Of a DNA stretch of 64,000 nt, positions 19,482 through 29,154 are shown one piece after another. The position numbers and the translations under genes were made by a program. How positions within the stretch are numbered: position 1 is the stretch's first letter; each line of letters begins with the position of its first letter. Below the pieces are notes generated by a model. It saw only the letters and a program-made list of their open reading frames with translations. It was not told where the DNA came from and did no database searches. This stretch comes from an uncultured bacterium (GTDB taxonomy: Bacteria; Krumholzibacteriota; Krumholzibacteriia; LZORAL124-64-63): positions 608,001 through 672,000 of the forward strand of contig CAVSGO010000007.1 of assembly GCA_963727525.1 (NCBI GenBank). Direction: 5' to 3'.

Positions 19482-20807
19482 GTGGCGAATACGTTGCTGT
19501 CACGGGTACGGTTGGGGCTAGCGATGCGGCGGATCGGATCAATCGTTCTTACAGTCTACGTATGTCTATATTTTGCGATCTTTCTCACCCGAGCTGATGG
19601 CTACCTAAACTTGAAGGGCTACCTCCCTGTTCCCCGTTCAGTCCTAGTCGCTGTCTTGTCGATGCCACTCGTATTTTACTCTTGGGCATTTCATCACTCC
19701 AAGCGGGATGGCGAACCTGGGATTATTCAGGTCCTTTACGCAGCGCGCAGTATTTTCGTCCCATTCCTTTTACTTATAGCCTGGGTGCTGATCTCGACGT
19801 TAATGTTTCACGCCAATTGGGATCAGCACGGCTACTTCATAACATTGTTCGTGAACGATTTATTCGTCTTTGTCTTGTCGTTGATTATCGCGACGCCAGT
19901 TGCAATTTCTCGCCACTGGCGTTTGATCGTACGTTTTGCGTTGTTTTGTATGGTGGCTTCGATCCTAATTGATCTTGTCAGGCCGGGTACGTTTTCACCG
20001 CTAACGAGCAGAGGCGCCGGGTTCGCTGTCAACGCCAATATGGGTGCGTTTTTTACCGCGATATTGCTCGCCGGTTCTCTCGAATACGGCAAGTTCCAGC
20101 GGAATCTACTATATCTAATCCCGGGAGGGCTGGCAATACTGGCAACACTTTCGCGTGGTGGCGCAGTACTTTTCGCGCTCATTCTCGTGGTCTTGACTAT
20201 CTGTATCGGCCGTAAGAATAATTTCATGGATCTAAAGATGAAAGCCGTTTGGAAAAGTGTTGCAGTCGCCGTTTGCCTTATAGTGGCTATTTACGTGGCG
20301 TTCCAGTACGGCAAAGATCGATCGGATTTTGTGGGATCTCTTCTTAGCAATAATCGTGTCTTCCAGTTCGCGGCCGGAACACTTTCAGGGTCACGCGGCG
20401 AACCTCGCCTAAAATTGCTGCATGAATATTTCTATCTGATCGGCGAGAAACCCCTAACGGGTTGGGGGGCGGGATTCAGCGGGACACGTGCGCTCGGACC
20501 GCATAATGAATATCTGCTGATGTGGGTGAACCATGGACTCGTTGGCCTAGTGGTCTATCTCTGGTTTGTGGCAGGGACTCTTCTCTATTTTTTGTCGAGG
20601 CGTCTGTTAGAGGGATTCGTTGTTGCGATCGCCTTTGCGGTCGAAGGATTGTTCAGTCACACACTTTTCGAGCAGCAACCGCTAATTGTTCTGCTCGCCC
20701 TTCTCGTCGCTGCAACATGTAGCGGTGGGAGCCGGTATCGCCAACCTGGCATTGACGCGGGCGGACCTCCGGGTAGCGAGCAGGCTCACGGCGGAAAGGT
20801 GTGTTGA
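19482..20807 (+). CDS. O-antigen polymerase/ligase family membrane protein (Wzy/WaaL-like)
   Basis: Many hydrophobic segments; NANMGA, TLSRGG, PLTGWGAG, PHNEYL motifs; glycan-cluster context. Confidence 0.8.
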   Translation: MANTLLSRVRLGLAMRRIGSIVLTVYVCLYFAIFLTRADGYLNLKGYLPVPRSVLVAVLSMPLVFYSWAFHHSKRDGEPGIIQVLYAARSIFVPFLLLIAWVLISTLMFHANWDQHGYFITLFVNDLFVFVLSLIIATPVAISRHWRLIVRFALFCMVASILIDLVRPGTFSPLTSRGAGFAVNANMGAFFTAILLAGSLEYGKFQRNLLYLIPGGLAILATLSRGGAVLFALILVVLTICIGRKNNFMDLKMKAVWKSVAVAVCLIVAIYVAFQYGKDRSDFVGSLLSNNRVFQFAAGTLSGSRGEPRLKLLHEYFYLIGEKPLTGWGAGFSGTRALGPHNEYLLMWVNHGLVGLVVYLWFVAGTLLYFLSRRLLEGFVVAIAFAVEGLFSHTLFEQQPLIVLLALLVAATCSGGSRYRQPGIDAGGPPGSEQAHGGKVC

Positions 20808-20808
20808 C

Positions 20809-22131
20809 GTGAATCGCGAGGGGGTGACGGCCGCACAGGGAATCCTTGCTAGATTCGGATTGTCTCGAACGGGCGCCGTCGGTCAAGCCGTGACACTCAT
20901 GACAGGCGTAGGTGTATCCCAGATTATTGCATTTGTCGCTACCCCAATTCTCACGCGCATCTATCAGCCGGCCGATTTCGGGCAACTCGCAGTCTTCATA
21001 TCAGTGGTGAGCGTTGTGACGGTGGCTGCCTCGGGGCGGTACGAGCTCGCAATACCCGTAGCGGAGTCGCCTGACGACGCATCTGCGCTCGCAATCTGGA
21101 GTGGAGTGTTGGCCTTCGGAGTAACCACGGTGCTGGCTGCGTTGTTATGGCTATGGTTGACATTGACGCCTACTGCACGATTCGCGGATGTGATTCAGCA
21201 GACATGGTGGACCATTCCACTTGCGGTCTGGTTTTTTGGGACTTGGAAGGTGCTCAATTTCTGGTACACCAGACAAGAGCAGTTTCGACGGATTTCCGTG
21301 TCCCATATCCTGCGTGGATTAGTGACGGTGGGGGTACAAGGGGCTCTCGGTTTCATGGGCTCGCTCGGCGCATTGGGACTCACATTGGGTTATGTCGCGG
21401 GACAGTTCTCGGCCACCGCAATCATGCTGCAAGGATGTGCGCCGAGTTGGTCACTCGAGCGTTTGAGAGGTGTCGAATGGCGTGAACTCCGTCGGGTGGC
21501 GGTCAAGTATAGCGATTTCTTGCGATTCGGGACGGGGCAGGCCCTGGTGAATTCGCTGTCGCAAAATGTCGCGGTCCTGGTTGTGGCTCAGTTCTTCACA
21601 AACGGCGTAGTAGGCCTCTATGCACTCGCGTATCGCATCGTCATGGTACCAATCAACTTGGTAGGGAATTCGGTTCGGCAGATCGTCTACCAACGGCTCG
21701 CCGTGGCGGATCCGGGGGTGCGACGGTATCAAACCTGGCGGCGTTCAACCATGCTGCTAGCAACGATTGCGCTCGGCCCGGTGGTGGTTCTGGCGATATT
21801 CGGCCCGGCGCTTTTTGCTTGGTTGATGGGCGCAGAATGGCGGACGAGTGGTGTCATTGCGCGCGTACTCGCTATCCCACTTGCTATGTCACTCGTCAAT
21901 CCACCTACGACAAGCGTAATGCCGATCCTGCAAAAACAACGCGTCCATATGATTTATGAAATCGTTAGCGTGGTGCTAAGGGTCAGTTGCCTCGTGCTCG
22001 GCGGGTTGGCGGGAAATGTTTTGCTCGCCGTCGGAGCGGCGGGCGGCGTGAATGTCGTCATGAACCTATGGCTGATGGGCTACGTGGCAAGGCTCTTACG
22101 CCGTGAGGTGCAACGTGTGGCCTCGACGTGA
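20809..22131 (+). CDS. wzx: Oligosaccharide flippase (Wzx family)
   Basis: QIIAFVATPILTRIYQPADFG, GRYELAIP, VGLYALAYR, GAEWRTSG. GTG start at 20809 is inferred. Confidence 0.85.
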   Translation: MNREGVTAAQGILARFGLSRTGAVGQAVTLMTGVGVSQIIAFVATPILTRIYQPADFGQLAVFISVVSVVTVAASGRYELAIPVAESPDDASALAIWSGVLAFGVTTVLAALLWLWLTLTPTARFADVIQQTWWTIPLAVWFFGTWKVLNFWYTRQEQFRRISVSHILRGLVTVGVQGALGFMGSLGALGLTLGYVAGQFSATAIMLQGCAPSWSLERLRGVEWRELRRVAVKYSDFLRFGTGQALVNSLSQNVAVLVVAQFFTNGVVGLYALAYRIVMVPINLVGNSVRQIVYQRLAVADPGVRRYQTWRRSTMLLATIALGPVVVLAIFGPALFAWLMGAEWRTSGVIARVLAIPLAMSLVNPPTTSVMPILQKQRVHMIYEIVSVVLRVSCLVLGGLAGNVLLAVGAAGGVNVVMNLWLMGYVARLLRREVQRVAST

Positions 22132-23281
22132 CGACGAACGCGGTGTGGAAGAACCGCGTTCCGGTATAGCAAGCTTTGCTCGCCGCGATATCGCGGTCTT
22201 TCTTCCCTCCCTAGGCGGAGGCGGGGCGGAGAGGGTCGTGGTTCATCTCGTCAAGGAATTCAGACGTCGAGGTATCGATGCCGAAATCGTAGTTGCGGGT
22301 AAGGTTCAAGGGGGAGCCTACATCGATCCCGAATTCCCGGTACGAGAACTAGGCGCCGGAAGGGTCGCTAGTTCTTTAGTGCGCCTCATTGCATATCTGC
22401 GGGAGACACGACCGCACTGTCTCATGACAACACTCGCACATGCGAATGTAGTTGCAATCGTCGCGAATTGGCTCGCTGGGGGAGAATCGCGACTGGTGGC
22501 GCGAGAGGCGAACATGGTCAGCGCTGGACGATCGACTGGATGGCGGGGGCGTATCGTGGCGTCGTTGCAGCGAATTCTCTATAGGCATCTCAATGCCGTG
22601 ATAGCTGTGTCCAACGGTGTTGCCGACGACCTGACCCGGGAGACTGGTGTTCCTAGTACCAGAGTCAAAGTGGTCAGAAACCCGATTGATACTGCGATGA
22701 TCACAGAGAAGGCGGCGAGAAATGAAGAACACGATTGTCAATCGGCACATCGTCGGCCGTTCGTCTTGGCAGTTGGGCGGCTCAGCGTCCAGAAGGACTA
22801 TCCCACCCTCATTAATGCGTTCGCGGCCGTTCGTACTCGGCGCGATGCTCGCCTTGTGATATTGGGGGAAGGGCCGCTGCGCCCGGAGTTGGAACAACTC
22901 ATTGGTAAGTTGGGACTAGCGGAATTTGTCGATTTGCCCGGCTTTATCTCGAATCCCTATGCCCTCATGGCACAAGCGAGCGTGTTCGTACTGTCAAGCC
23001 GTTGGGAAGGCCTGCCTAACGCGCTCATCGAGGCGATGGCGTGCGGAGCAAGGGTAGTCGCGACGGACTGCCCCAGCGGACCGCGGGAACTCCTAGAGGA
23101 TGGTAGACTTGGAAGACTCGTATCTGTCGGGGATGTTCAGGAACTTGCGGATACGATAGTAGATGAGTTGGGGCGGCCGAAACGGCCGGATGTCGCTTCC
23201 TATGTCTTGGAACGCTATCGCGTAGGCTCCGTGGCGACAGAGTATCTGGAAGTCCTTTTGCCGGGCCGCCAAGCGAGGTGA
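22103..23281 (+). CDS. GT4 family glycosyltransferase
   Basis: LGGGGAERV, AVGRLSVQKD, SSRWEGLPNALIEAMACG, DCPSGPRE. Exact start uncertain. Confidence 0.9.
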   Translation: MRCNVWPRRDDERGVEEPRSGIASFARRDIAVFLPSLGGGGAERVVVHLVKEFRRRGIDAEIVVAGKVQGGAYIDPEFPVRELGAGRVASSLVRLIAYLRETRPHCLMTTLAHANVVAIVANWLAGGESRLVAREANMVSAGRSTGWRGRIVASLQRILYRHLNAVIAVSNGVADDLTRETGVPSTRVKVVRNPIDTAMITEKAARNEEHDCQSAHRRPFVLAVGRLSVQKDYPTLINAFAAVRTRRDARLVILGEGPLRPELEQLIGKLGLAEFVDLPGFISNPYALMAQASVFVLSSRWEGLPNALIEAMACGARVVATDCPSGPRELLEDGRLGRLVSVGDVQELADTIVDELGRPKRPDVASYVLERYRVGSVATEYLEVLLPGRQAR

Positions 23282-23285
23282 TCAA

Positions 23286-24455
23286 GTGCGTATAGTCCAT
23301 GTAGTCGCCGGCCTGGGTGGCGGTGGAGCCGAGACGATGCTCTACCGACTGCTTAGCCACGACAAGGAGACGCATTTCGACCACGCCGTGGTGTCGCTCA
23401 TGGGACCCGGCCGACTGAGCGATGGTTTTCGCGCCCGAGGCGTCCCCGTGACCTATCTCGGGTTGAAAAGGGGACAGGTGTCGCTCGACTGTGCTCAACG
23501 TTTGCGCCGTCTCGGGCGCACGCTGACGCCGGACCTGGTCGTAGGGTGGATGTACCATGGAAACTTGGCCGCAAGCTGGTTGCGGCGGTGGGCGCCGCAG
23601 CGGCCACCCCTGGTTTGGAACATTCATCACACGCTGCATCGGCTTGGTGATGAACGTCGCCTGACTCAGTTCGTGATAAAAGCCGGCGCTCTCCTGTCGA
23701 GATCACCTGCCGCGATTGTTTATGTCGCCGAAGTCTCCGCGCGCAGCCACGAAGACCACGGCTACTCGAACATTCACCGCGTTGTTATTCCCAATGGATT
23801 CGATTGTGATACATTTAGATCGGACGACGAGGCGCGGCGAAGAATTCGTGCCCAACTCGGAATAGCAAATGATACGCCGACAATCGGGATCTTCGGGCGC
23901 GCACATGCAGACAAGGACTATGGAAGTTTTTTTGCGGCTCTCGCAAGAGCGCAGGCACGAATGCCGAGACTGGTCGCACTGGCGGCAGGAGCCGGCGTCA
24001 CGGCAGCGAATCAGGACTTGCAGGCGGGCATTCCTGATTGCGCGTCTGCGGGGCAGCTCTGCCTTCTTGGCGAGCGAGAAGATGTCGCGGATTTGATGAA
24101 CGCCGTCGATGTCGTGGTCCTTTCCTCGAGGACCGAGGCGTTTCCGCTCGTAATTGGTGAAGCCATGGCGTGTGGCGTACCATGCGTGACAACGGATGTC
24201 GGTGCGGCGGCGGAACTAGTAGGCGACACGGGCAAAGTCGTGCCGAGTCGTGATCCCCAAGCTTTGGCCGAGGCCATCGTGGCTTTGCTCGCCATGCCCT
24301 ACGAAGAACGCCGGGAATTGGGGCGGCAAGGGCGCCGGCGGATCATCGAACGCTACGGACTGCCGGATGTCGTCGACAAGTATCATCGCCTGTGGGCGAG
24401 TCTCGTCGGTCGTCGCACGAACGTCACACGGGATGAGGGTGGACGTGATGGCTAG
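23286..24455 (+). CDS. GT4 family glycosyltransferase
   Basis: GLGGGGAETML, VIPNGFD, SSRTEAFPLVIGEAMACGVPCVTTDVG. Confidence 0.9.
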   Translation: MRIVHVVAGLGGGGAETMLYRLLSHDKETHFDHAVVSLMGPGRLSDGFRARGVPVTYLGLKRGQVSLDCAQRLRRLGRTLTPDLVVGWMYHGNLAASWLRRWAPQRPPLVWNIHHTLHRLGDERRLTQFVIKAGALLSRSPAAIVYVAEVSARSHEDHGYSNIHRVVIPNGFDCDTFRSDDEARRRIRAQLGIANDTPTIGIFGRAHADKDYGSFFAALARAQARMPRLVALAAGAGVTAANQDLQAGIPDCASAGQLCLLGEREDVADLMNAVDVVVLSSRTEAFPLVIGEAMACGVPCVTTDVGAAAELVGDTGKVVPSRDPQALAEAIVALLAMPYEERRELGRQGRRRIIERYGLPDVVDKYHRLWASLVGRRTNVTRDEGGRDG

Positions 24456-25656
24456 GCGGACTTGTCTTCTCGTAGGCAACTACACGTTTTCGCTGGTGAA
24501 TTTCCGGGGCGATCTGATCCGGGAATTGCAAGGGCTCGGGTTTGATGTCATCGGCTGCGGGCCGCAGCGCGACGTGAACACCGAGCGTGTGCTGGCACAG
24601 CGCGAGGTCCGATTCGTGCAGATCCCCATGGAACGTGTTGGTGCTAATCCGCTTGCCGATCTACGGTCCTTGCTCTTTCTCTATCGTCTATGCCGGCGCG
24701 AGAAGCCCGATCTGGTCTTGAGCTATACCATCAAGCCCGTCATCTACGCTAGTCTGGCAGCTCGAACTGCCGGCTGTCCTCGCATTTTCAGCATGCTCAC
24801 CGGCCTTGGCACGCCCTTCCTGTCGAATGCGATGTCGGTGCGCATCATGCGCGGTCTCATCCGCAACCTCTACCGTCTGGCGCTACGCTACAACGAGAAG
24901 GTGTTCTTCCAGAATGGCGATGATGAGAAGTATTTCCTCGATGCGCGACTCGTGACAAAGCGGCAAGTCGAGCGGACGAACGGGTCCGGGGTGAATGTCG
25001 AGTATTTTGCGGCGCGGCCGGTTCCCGACGGTGCAGCACGATTCCTCATGATGGCGCGGTTACTATCGGACAAGGGCGTGCGGGAGTTCGCGGAGGCGGC
25101 TCGACGGGTCAAGAAAGATCAACCCTCAGCCGAATTCCACCTGGCTGGCATGGTCGAGGACCATCCGAAGGGCATCGCACCCGAGGAGGTTGCCGGCTGG
25201 GAGCGGGCGGGCGTCCTCAAGTACTGGGGCCGTGTCGATGACGTGCGGCCGCTTCTCGAAGCCTGTTCCGTCTACGTGCTTCCGTCGTATCGGGAGGGGA
25301 CGCCGCGTTCCGTGCTGGAGGCAATGGCGACAGGCCGCGCTATCATCACGACAGACGCGCCTGGTTGCCGCGAAACAGTGCAACCGGGCAGGAACGGCCT
25401 CCTCGTACCGATCAAGGACGCGCCGGCCCTCGCCGAAGCCATGGCGCACATGATTGGTGACCCGGCTGGCGTCCGCCGTATGGGGCGCGAATCGCGCGCC
25501 ATCGCGGTCGAGCTTTACGATGTGCGTAAGGTCAACGCGCGGCTCTTGCGCAGCATGGGTCTCGTGTCCGACGCGAAGGGCGACGTGGCAGCCGGTTCGG
25601 CGCGACCTGCCGAGCGTGCCGACAATGCGGCTGTGAGCGAGGAGACGACGCCATGA
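24448..25656 (+). CDS. GT4 family glycosyltransferase (PglA/CapM-like)
   Basis: NFRGDLI, YTIKPVIY, TGLG, FQNGDD, GSGV, ARLLSDKGVREF, LPSYREGTPRSVLEAMATG, TDAPGCRE. ATG at 24448. Confidence 0.9.
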   Translation: MARRTCLLVGNYTFSLVNFRGDLIRELQGLGFDVIGCGPQRDVNTERVLAQREVRFVQIPMERVGANPLADLRSLLFLYRLCRREKPDLVLSYTIKPVIYASLAARTAGCPRIFSMLTGLGTPFLSNAMSVRIMRGLIRNLYRLALRYNEKVFFQNGDDEKYFLDARLVTKRQVERTNGSGVNVEYFAARPVPDGAARFLMMARLLSDKGVREFAEAARRVKKDQPSAEFHLAGMVEDHPKGIAPEEVAGWERAGVLKYWGRVDDVRPLLEACSVYVLPSYREGTPRSVLEAMATGRAIITTDAPGCRETVQPGRNGLLVPIKDAPALAEAMAHMIGDPAGVRRMGRESRAIAVELYDVRKVNARLLRSMGLVSDAKGDVAAGSARPAERADNAAVSEETTP

Positions 25657-26264
25657 CGACCATCTCCCGCTATGGCGGTGACCTGGGTCGGATCGCGGAG
25701 ATCCATCGCGAGGCTTTTCCCGGGTTTTTCCTCGCGCGTCTCGGAATACCGTTCCTGAAGGTCTACTACAACTGGGTCCGCGAATTTCCGCAGGGCATCC
25801 TGATCACGGCCGGCGAGGGCGAGGGCCTCCACGGTTTCGTGGCCGGATTCATCGACTCCCCGGAATTCTATCGCTACTGCCGCAGTCGGCGGCACGAGGC
25901 GATCCTGCCGGTGGCGCAGGGGGTCGTGCGGTCGCCCGGTCTCATCGGCAGGGCGCTCTACAACGTTGCGCGTGTCAAACGCAATGCGAGCGTGACGAGC
26001 GTTTCTGCTGCGGACGAGAGCGAACTCGCCTCGATAGCCGTGCGGCCCGGTGCGGCGAGTCGCGGCCTCGGCGCCAGCCTTGTCACCGCATTCTGCGAAG
26101 CTTCGCGCCAGGCCGGGGCGACAGGTGTCGTACTCACCACCGATCGCGACGACAACGAGGCGGTCAACCGGTTCTATCTCAAGAATGGGTTCGTGGTGCG
26201 GCGCGAGTTCATGAGCGGCAGCAGGCGGGCGATGTTCGAGTACTGGAGGCCACTCGTTCCGTAA
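25653..26264 (+). CDS. GNAT family N-acetyltransferase
   Basis: Acetyl-CoA motif ELASIAVRP..SRGLGASL and NEAVNRFYLKNGF. Confidence 0.88.
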   Translation: MTTISRYGGDLGRIAEIHREAFPGFFLARLGIPFLKVYYNWVREFPQGILITAGEGEGLHGFVAGFIDSPEFYRYCRSRRHEAILPVAQGVVRSPGLIGRALYNVARVKRNASVTSVSAADESELASIAVRPGAASRGLGASLVTAFCEASRQAGATGVVLTTDRDDNEAVNRFYLKNGFVVRREFMSGSRRAMFEYWRPLVP

Positions 26265-26267
26265 GGG

Positions 26268-27413
26268 CTAGCTGCCCAATGCCCCCCTCACCGCCCCCAC
26301 CACGTCTTCCACATCCCCGTCCGACAACCCCGGGTGCAATGGCAGGCTGATCAGCCGCTGGAACGCGTCGTAGGCGACCGGGAAGTCCTGGGGTTTGTAC
26401 CCGTACTTGTCCCTGAAGTACGGGTGCGTGTGCACTGGGATGAAATGCACGCTGGTGCCGATATTCTGGCTGGCGAGGTATTCGATGGTCTGATTCCGCG
26501 TCACGTTCAGCTCTTCGAGGCGCAGGCGGATCGGGTAGAGGTGCCAGGCGCTGCTCACGTTGGGGCGTTCCACCGGTAGGATGAGGGGCAAGTTGCGGAA
26601 GGCTTCGTTGTAGAGGTGGACGACCTCGCGGCGGCGTTTCTGCATGCGGTCCAGTTTTCGCAGTTGGGCGAGGCCGAGGGCGGCCATGATATCCGGCATG
26701 TTGTACTTGAAGCCGGGCATCACGACCTCGTAGAACCAGCTGCCGCCCTTGTCGTAGCGTTTCCAGGCGTCGCGGTTCATGCCGTGGAGGCTGACGACGC
26801 GGGCCTGGTCGATGAATTCGGGGGTGCCGGTCAGCATGCCGCCCTCGCCGGTGGTGAGGTTCTTTGTGGCGTAGAAGCTGAAGGCGACCGGGTTGTCCGT
26901 GGAGCCGATCTTGCGGTCCTTGATCTCGGCGGGCAGGGCGTGGGCGGCGTCCTCGATGAGGTGGAGGCCATGGGTGTGGGCGAGGGCGGCGAGGGAGTCC
27001 ATGTCGCAGGGGTGGCCGCCGTAGTGGACCGGGATGAGGGCCTTCGTGCGGGGGGTGATGGCGGCGGCGACCTGGGCCGGGTCGAGGTTCAGGGTGTCCG
27101 GTTCCACGTCCACCAGTACGGGGGTGGCGCCCACGTGCTCGATCACCGACACCGTCGAACAGAATGTCATGGTGCTGGTGATGACCTCGTCGCCGGGACC
27201 GATTTTCAATACCGCCAGCGCGGTGTGCAGGGCGGCGGTACAGGAACTGATCGCCAGGGCCGCGGGACTGCCCAGATATGCGGCAAAATCCGCCTCGAAT
27301 CGTTTGCACTTGGGGCCGGTGGTGAGCCAGCCGGAGCGCAGGCTCTCGGTGACCTCCTGGACCTCGTCGTCATCGACGAAAGGCGGGGAAAACGGCAGAA
27401 AACGGTCGCGCAT
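26268..27413 (-). CDS. DegT/DnrJ/EryC1/StrS family PLP-dependent sugar aminotransferase
   Basis: SGWLTTGP, SSCTAALH, IEDAAHA, FSFYATKNLTTGEGG, GFKYNM. ATG at 27413 after AGGAGG. Confidence 0.93.
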   Translation of the reverse strand: MRDRFLPFSPPFVDDDEVQEVTESLRSGWLTTGPKCKRFEADFAAYLGSPAALAISSCTAALHTALAVLKIGPGDEVITSTMTFCSTVSVIEHVGATPVLVDVEPDTLNLDPAQVAAAITPRTKALIPVHYGGHPCDMDSLAALAHTHGLHLIEDAAHALPAEIKDRKIGSTDNPVAFSFYATKNLTTGEGGMLTGTPEFIDQARVVSLHGMNRDAWKRYDKGGSWFYEVVMPGFKYNMPDIMAALGLAQLRKLDRMQKRRREVVHLYNEAFRNLPLILPVERPNVSSAWHLYPIRLRLEELNVTRNQTIEYLASQNIGTSVHFIPVHTHPYFRDKYGYKPQDFPVAYDAFQRLISLPLHPGLSDGDVEDVVGAVRGALGS

Positions 27414-27620
27414 GGGCCCTCCTACGGGTCGAACCGGGTGCGATGAACATAGGACCGATGGTTGGCTGCGTAAAGTGGGAACACGGCTTGCTATGGTGCA
27501 GAATGTACGCATTTTCTGTAAAAAACGGCACAAGTTTTCCTCAAAACCGCCGATGAGAGCTTGTCTCACGCCAACCGTTAGCTATTGTTCGGCTCGCCGG
27601 CCATGGAGGGTGGATCCTTG

Positions 27621-28340
27621 ATGCGTTCGTTCGACCTCGCTGCAAGTGTGATAGGGCTCGTCTTGCTATCACCCGTGTTCCTGCTCGTCGCCCTCGCCAT
27701 CGTCGTCCTCAGCCCCGGTCCGGTGTTCTTCCGGCAGGTGCGGGTCGGGCGTTACGGGCAGCCGTTCACGCTGGTGAAGTTCCGCAGCATGGTGCATCGC
27801 CGCCGTGTCGACGGTCCGCTGGTGACCGCTTCCGGCGACAACCGCATCACGCCGTTGGGGCGCTGGTTGCGGCGCACGAAGATGGATGAGTTGCCCCAGC
27901 TCTGGAACGTGGTGTGCGGCCACATGGCCCTGGTGGGCCCGCGGCCGGAGGTGCCGCGTTATGTCGACGCGTATCCCGAGCTGTACGCGCCGGTGTTGCG
28001 GCATCGGCCAGGCATCACGTCGGCGTGCACGCTCGCGCTCAGGGAGGAGGAGCGGCTGTTGCAGCAGGCGGCCGATCCGGAGCGCTTCTACCTTGAGGAG
28101 ATCCTGCCGCGGAAGATCGAGGCCTACCGCCGCGAGGCCCGCGAGCAGAGCTTCGGGCGCAATCTGCGCACCATCGTGGCCACCGTGTTGCCGCGGGCGG
28201 AACTGGTGCCGCAGGTCGATCTGCCCTTCCACGGGCTGTCGCGTCGCGCGACGATGCCCGCGCGCATGGCGGCGCCGAAGCCGCGCCTCGTCGCCCTTGG
28301 CGACGATCTGGCCCCGGCCAAGATCCGTATCAGTGCGTGA
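27621..28340 (+). CDS. Initiating phosphoglycosyl transferase (bacterial sugar transferase, PglC-like)
   Basis: RSFDL, PGPVFFRQVRVG, KFRSM, RITPLGRWLRRTKMDELPQLWNV, LVGPRPE, RPGIT. Confidence 0.93.
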   Translation: MRSFDLAASVIGLVLLSPVFLLVALAIVVLSPGPVFFRQVRVGRYGQPFTLVKFRSMVHRRRVDGPLVTASGDNRITPLGRWLRRTKMDELPQLWNVVCGHMALVGPRPEVPRYVDAYPELYAPVLRHRPGITSACTLALREEERLLQQAADPERFYLEEILPRKIEAYRREAREQSFGRNLRTIVATVLPRAELVPQVDLPFHGLSRRATMPARMAAPKPRLVALGDDLAPAKIRISA

Positions 28341-28407
28341 ACGTCGCTGACGCCCGCGCGCCACACCCGACATCGCCCGCGGGCGATGCAGACGAAGGTT
28401 CGAGACC

Positions 28408-29049
28408 ATGGACGCCCCCAAGCCCGACATGCCCCAGCCTGAGAAGCCCAAGAGCAAGAATATCACCTGGACCGAATCGACCATCTCCTACGACCAGCGC
28501 GTCGAGCGCAATCGCCACCACGGCGCGGTGATCTGGTTCACCGGCCTCTCGGGTTCGGGCAAGTCGACCCTGGCCAAGGTCATGGAGAAGGAGCTCTTCG
28601 AGCGGGGGTGCCACTGCTACATCCTCGACGGCGACAACGTCCGCCACGGTCTGAACCGCGACCTCGGCTTCAGTCCGGCCGACCGCACCGAGAATATCCG
28701 GCGTATCGGCGAGGTGGCCAGCCTGATGCGCGACGGAGGGCTGCTCTGCCTCACGGCCTTCATCTCGCCGTATCGTACCGATCGCGACAGCGCCAGGGCG
28801 GTGTGCCCCGCGGACTCGTTCATCGAGGTCTACTGCCGGTGCGCCCTCGCTGAGTGCGAGCGCCGCGACCCCAAGGGCCTCTACAAGAAGGCCCGAGCCG
28901 GGGAAATCCCTGAATTCACGGGGATTAGCGCGCCGTACGAGGAGCCGGAGAACGCCGAGGTGATTCTCGACACCGACGCCCTCTCGCCCGGCGAGTGCGC
29001 GGAGCAGCTCCTGGCGTACCTGGAGGAACGCGGGCTCCTGAACCGGTGA
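28408..29049 (+). CDS. cysC: Adenylyl-sulfate kinase
   Basis: [59 protein letters not shown]. Confidence 0.97.
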   Translation: MDAPKPDMPQPEKPKSKNITWTESTISYDQRVERNRHHGAVIWFTGLSGSGKSTLAKVMEKELFERGCHCYILDGDNVRHGLNRDLGFSPADRTENIRRIGEVASLMRDGGLLCLTAFISPYRTDRDSARAVCPADSFIEVYCRCALAECERRDPKGLYKKARAGEIPEFTGISAPYEEPENAEVILDTDALSPGECAEQLLAYLEERGLLNR

Positions 29050-29077
29050 CCCCGGTCCGGCCTCTTTCCAAATTCGC

Positions 29078-29106
29078 TTGCGTGCTCCAGTCAGGAAATC
29101 TATATT
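29078..29106 (+). promoter_or_regulatory. Sigma70-type promoter of rpsO-pnp, TTGCGT-N17-TATATT
   Basis: 17-nt spacing; same TCTATATTC context as the rimP and TBDR promoters. Confidence 0.7.
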
Positions 29107-29117
29107 CTTCGGGCCTT

Positions 29118-29154
29118 GAAAGGCGCGGGCTGTCCCTCGCCTTTCTACGTTTTT
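29118..29154 (+). terminator. Terminator-like hairpin in rpsO leader
   Basis: GAAAGGCG...CGCCTTTC stem with inner GGG/CCC, followed by TACGTTTTT. Confidence 0.55.
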
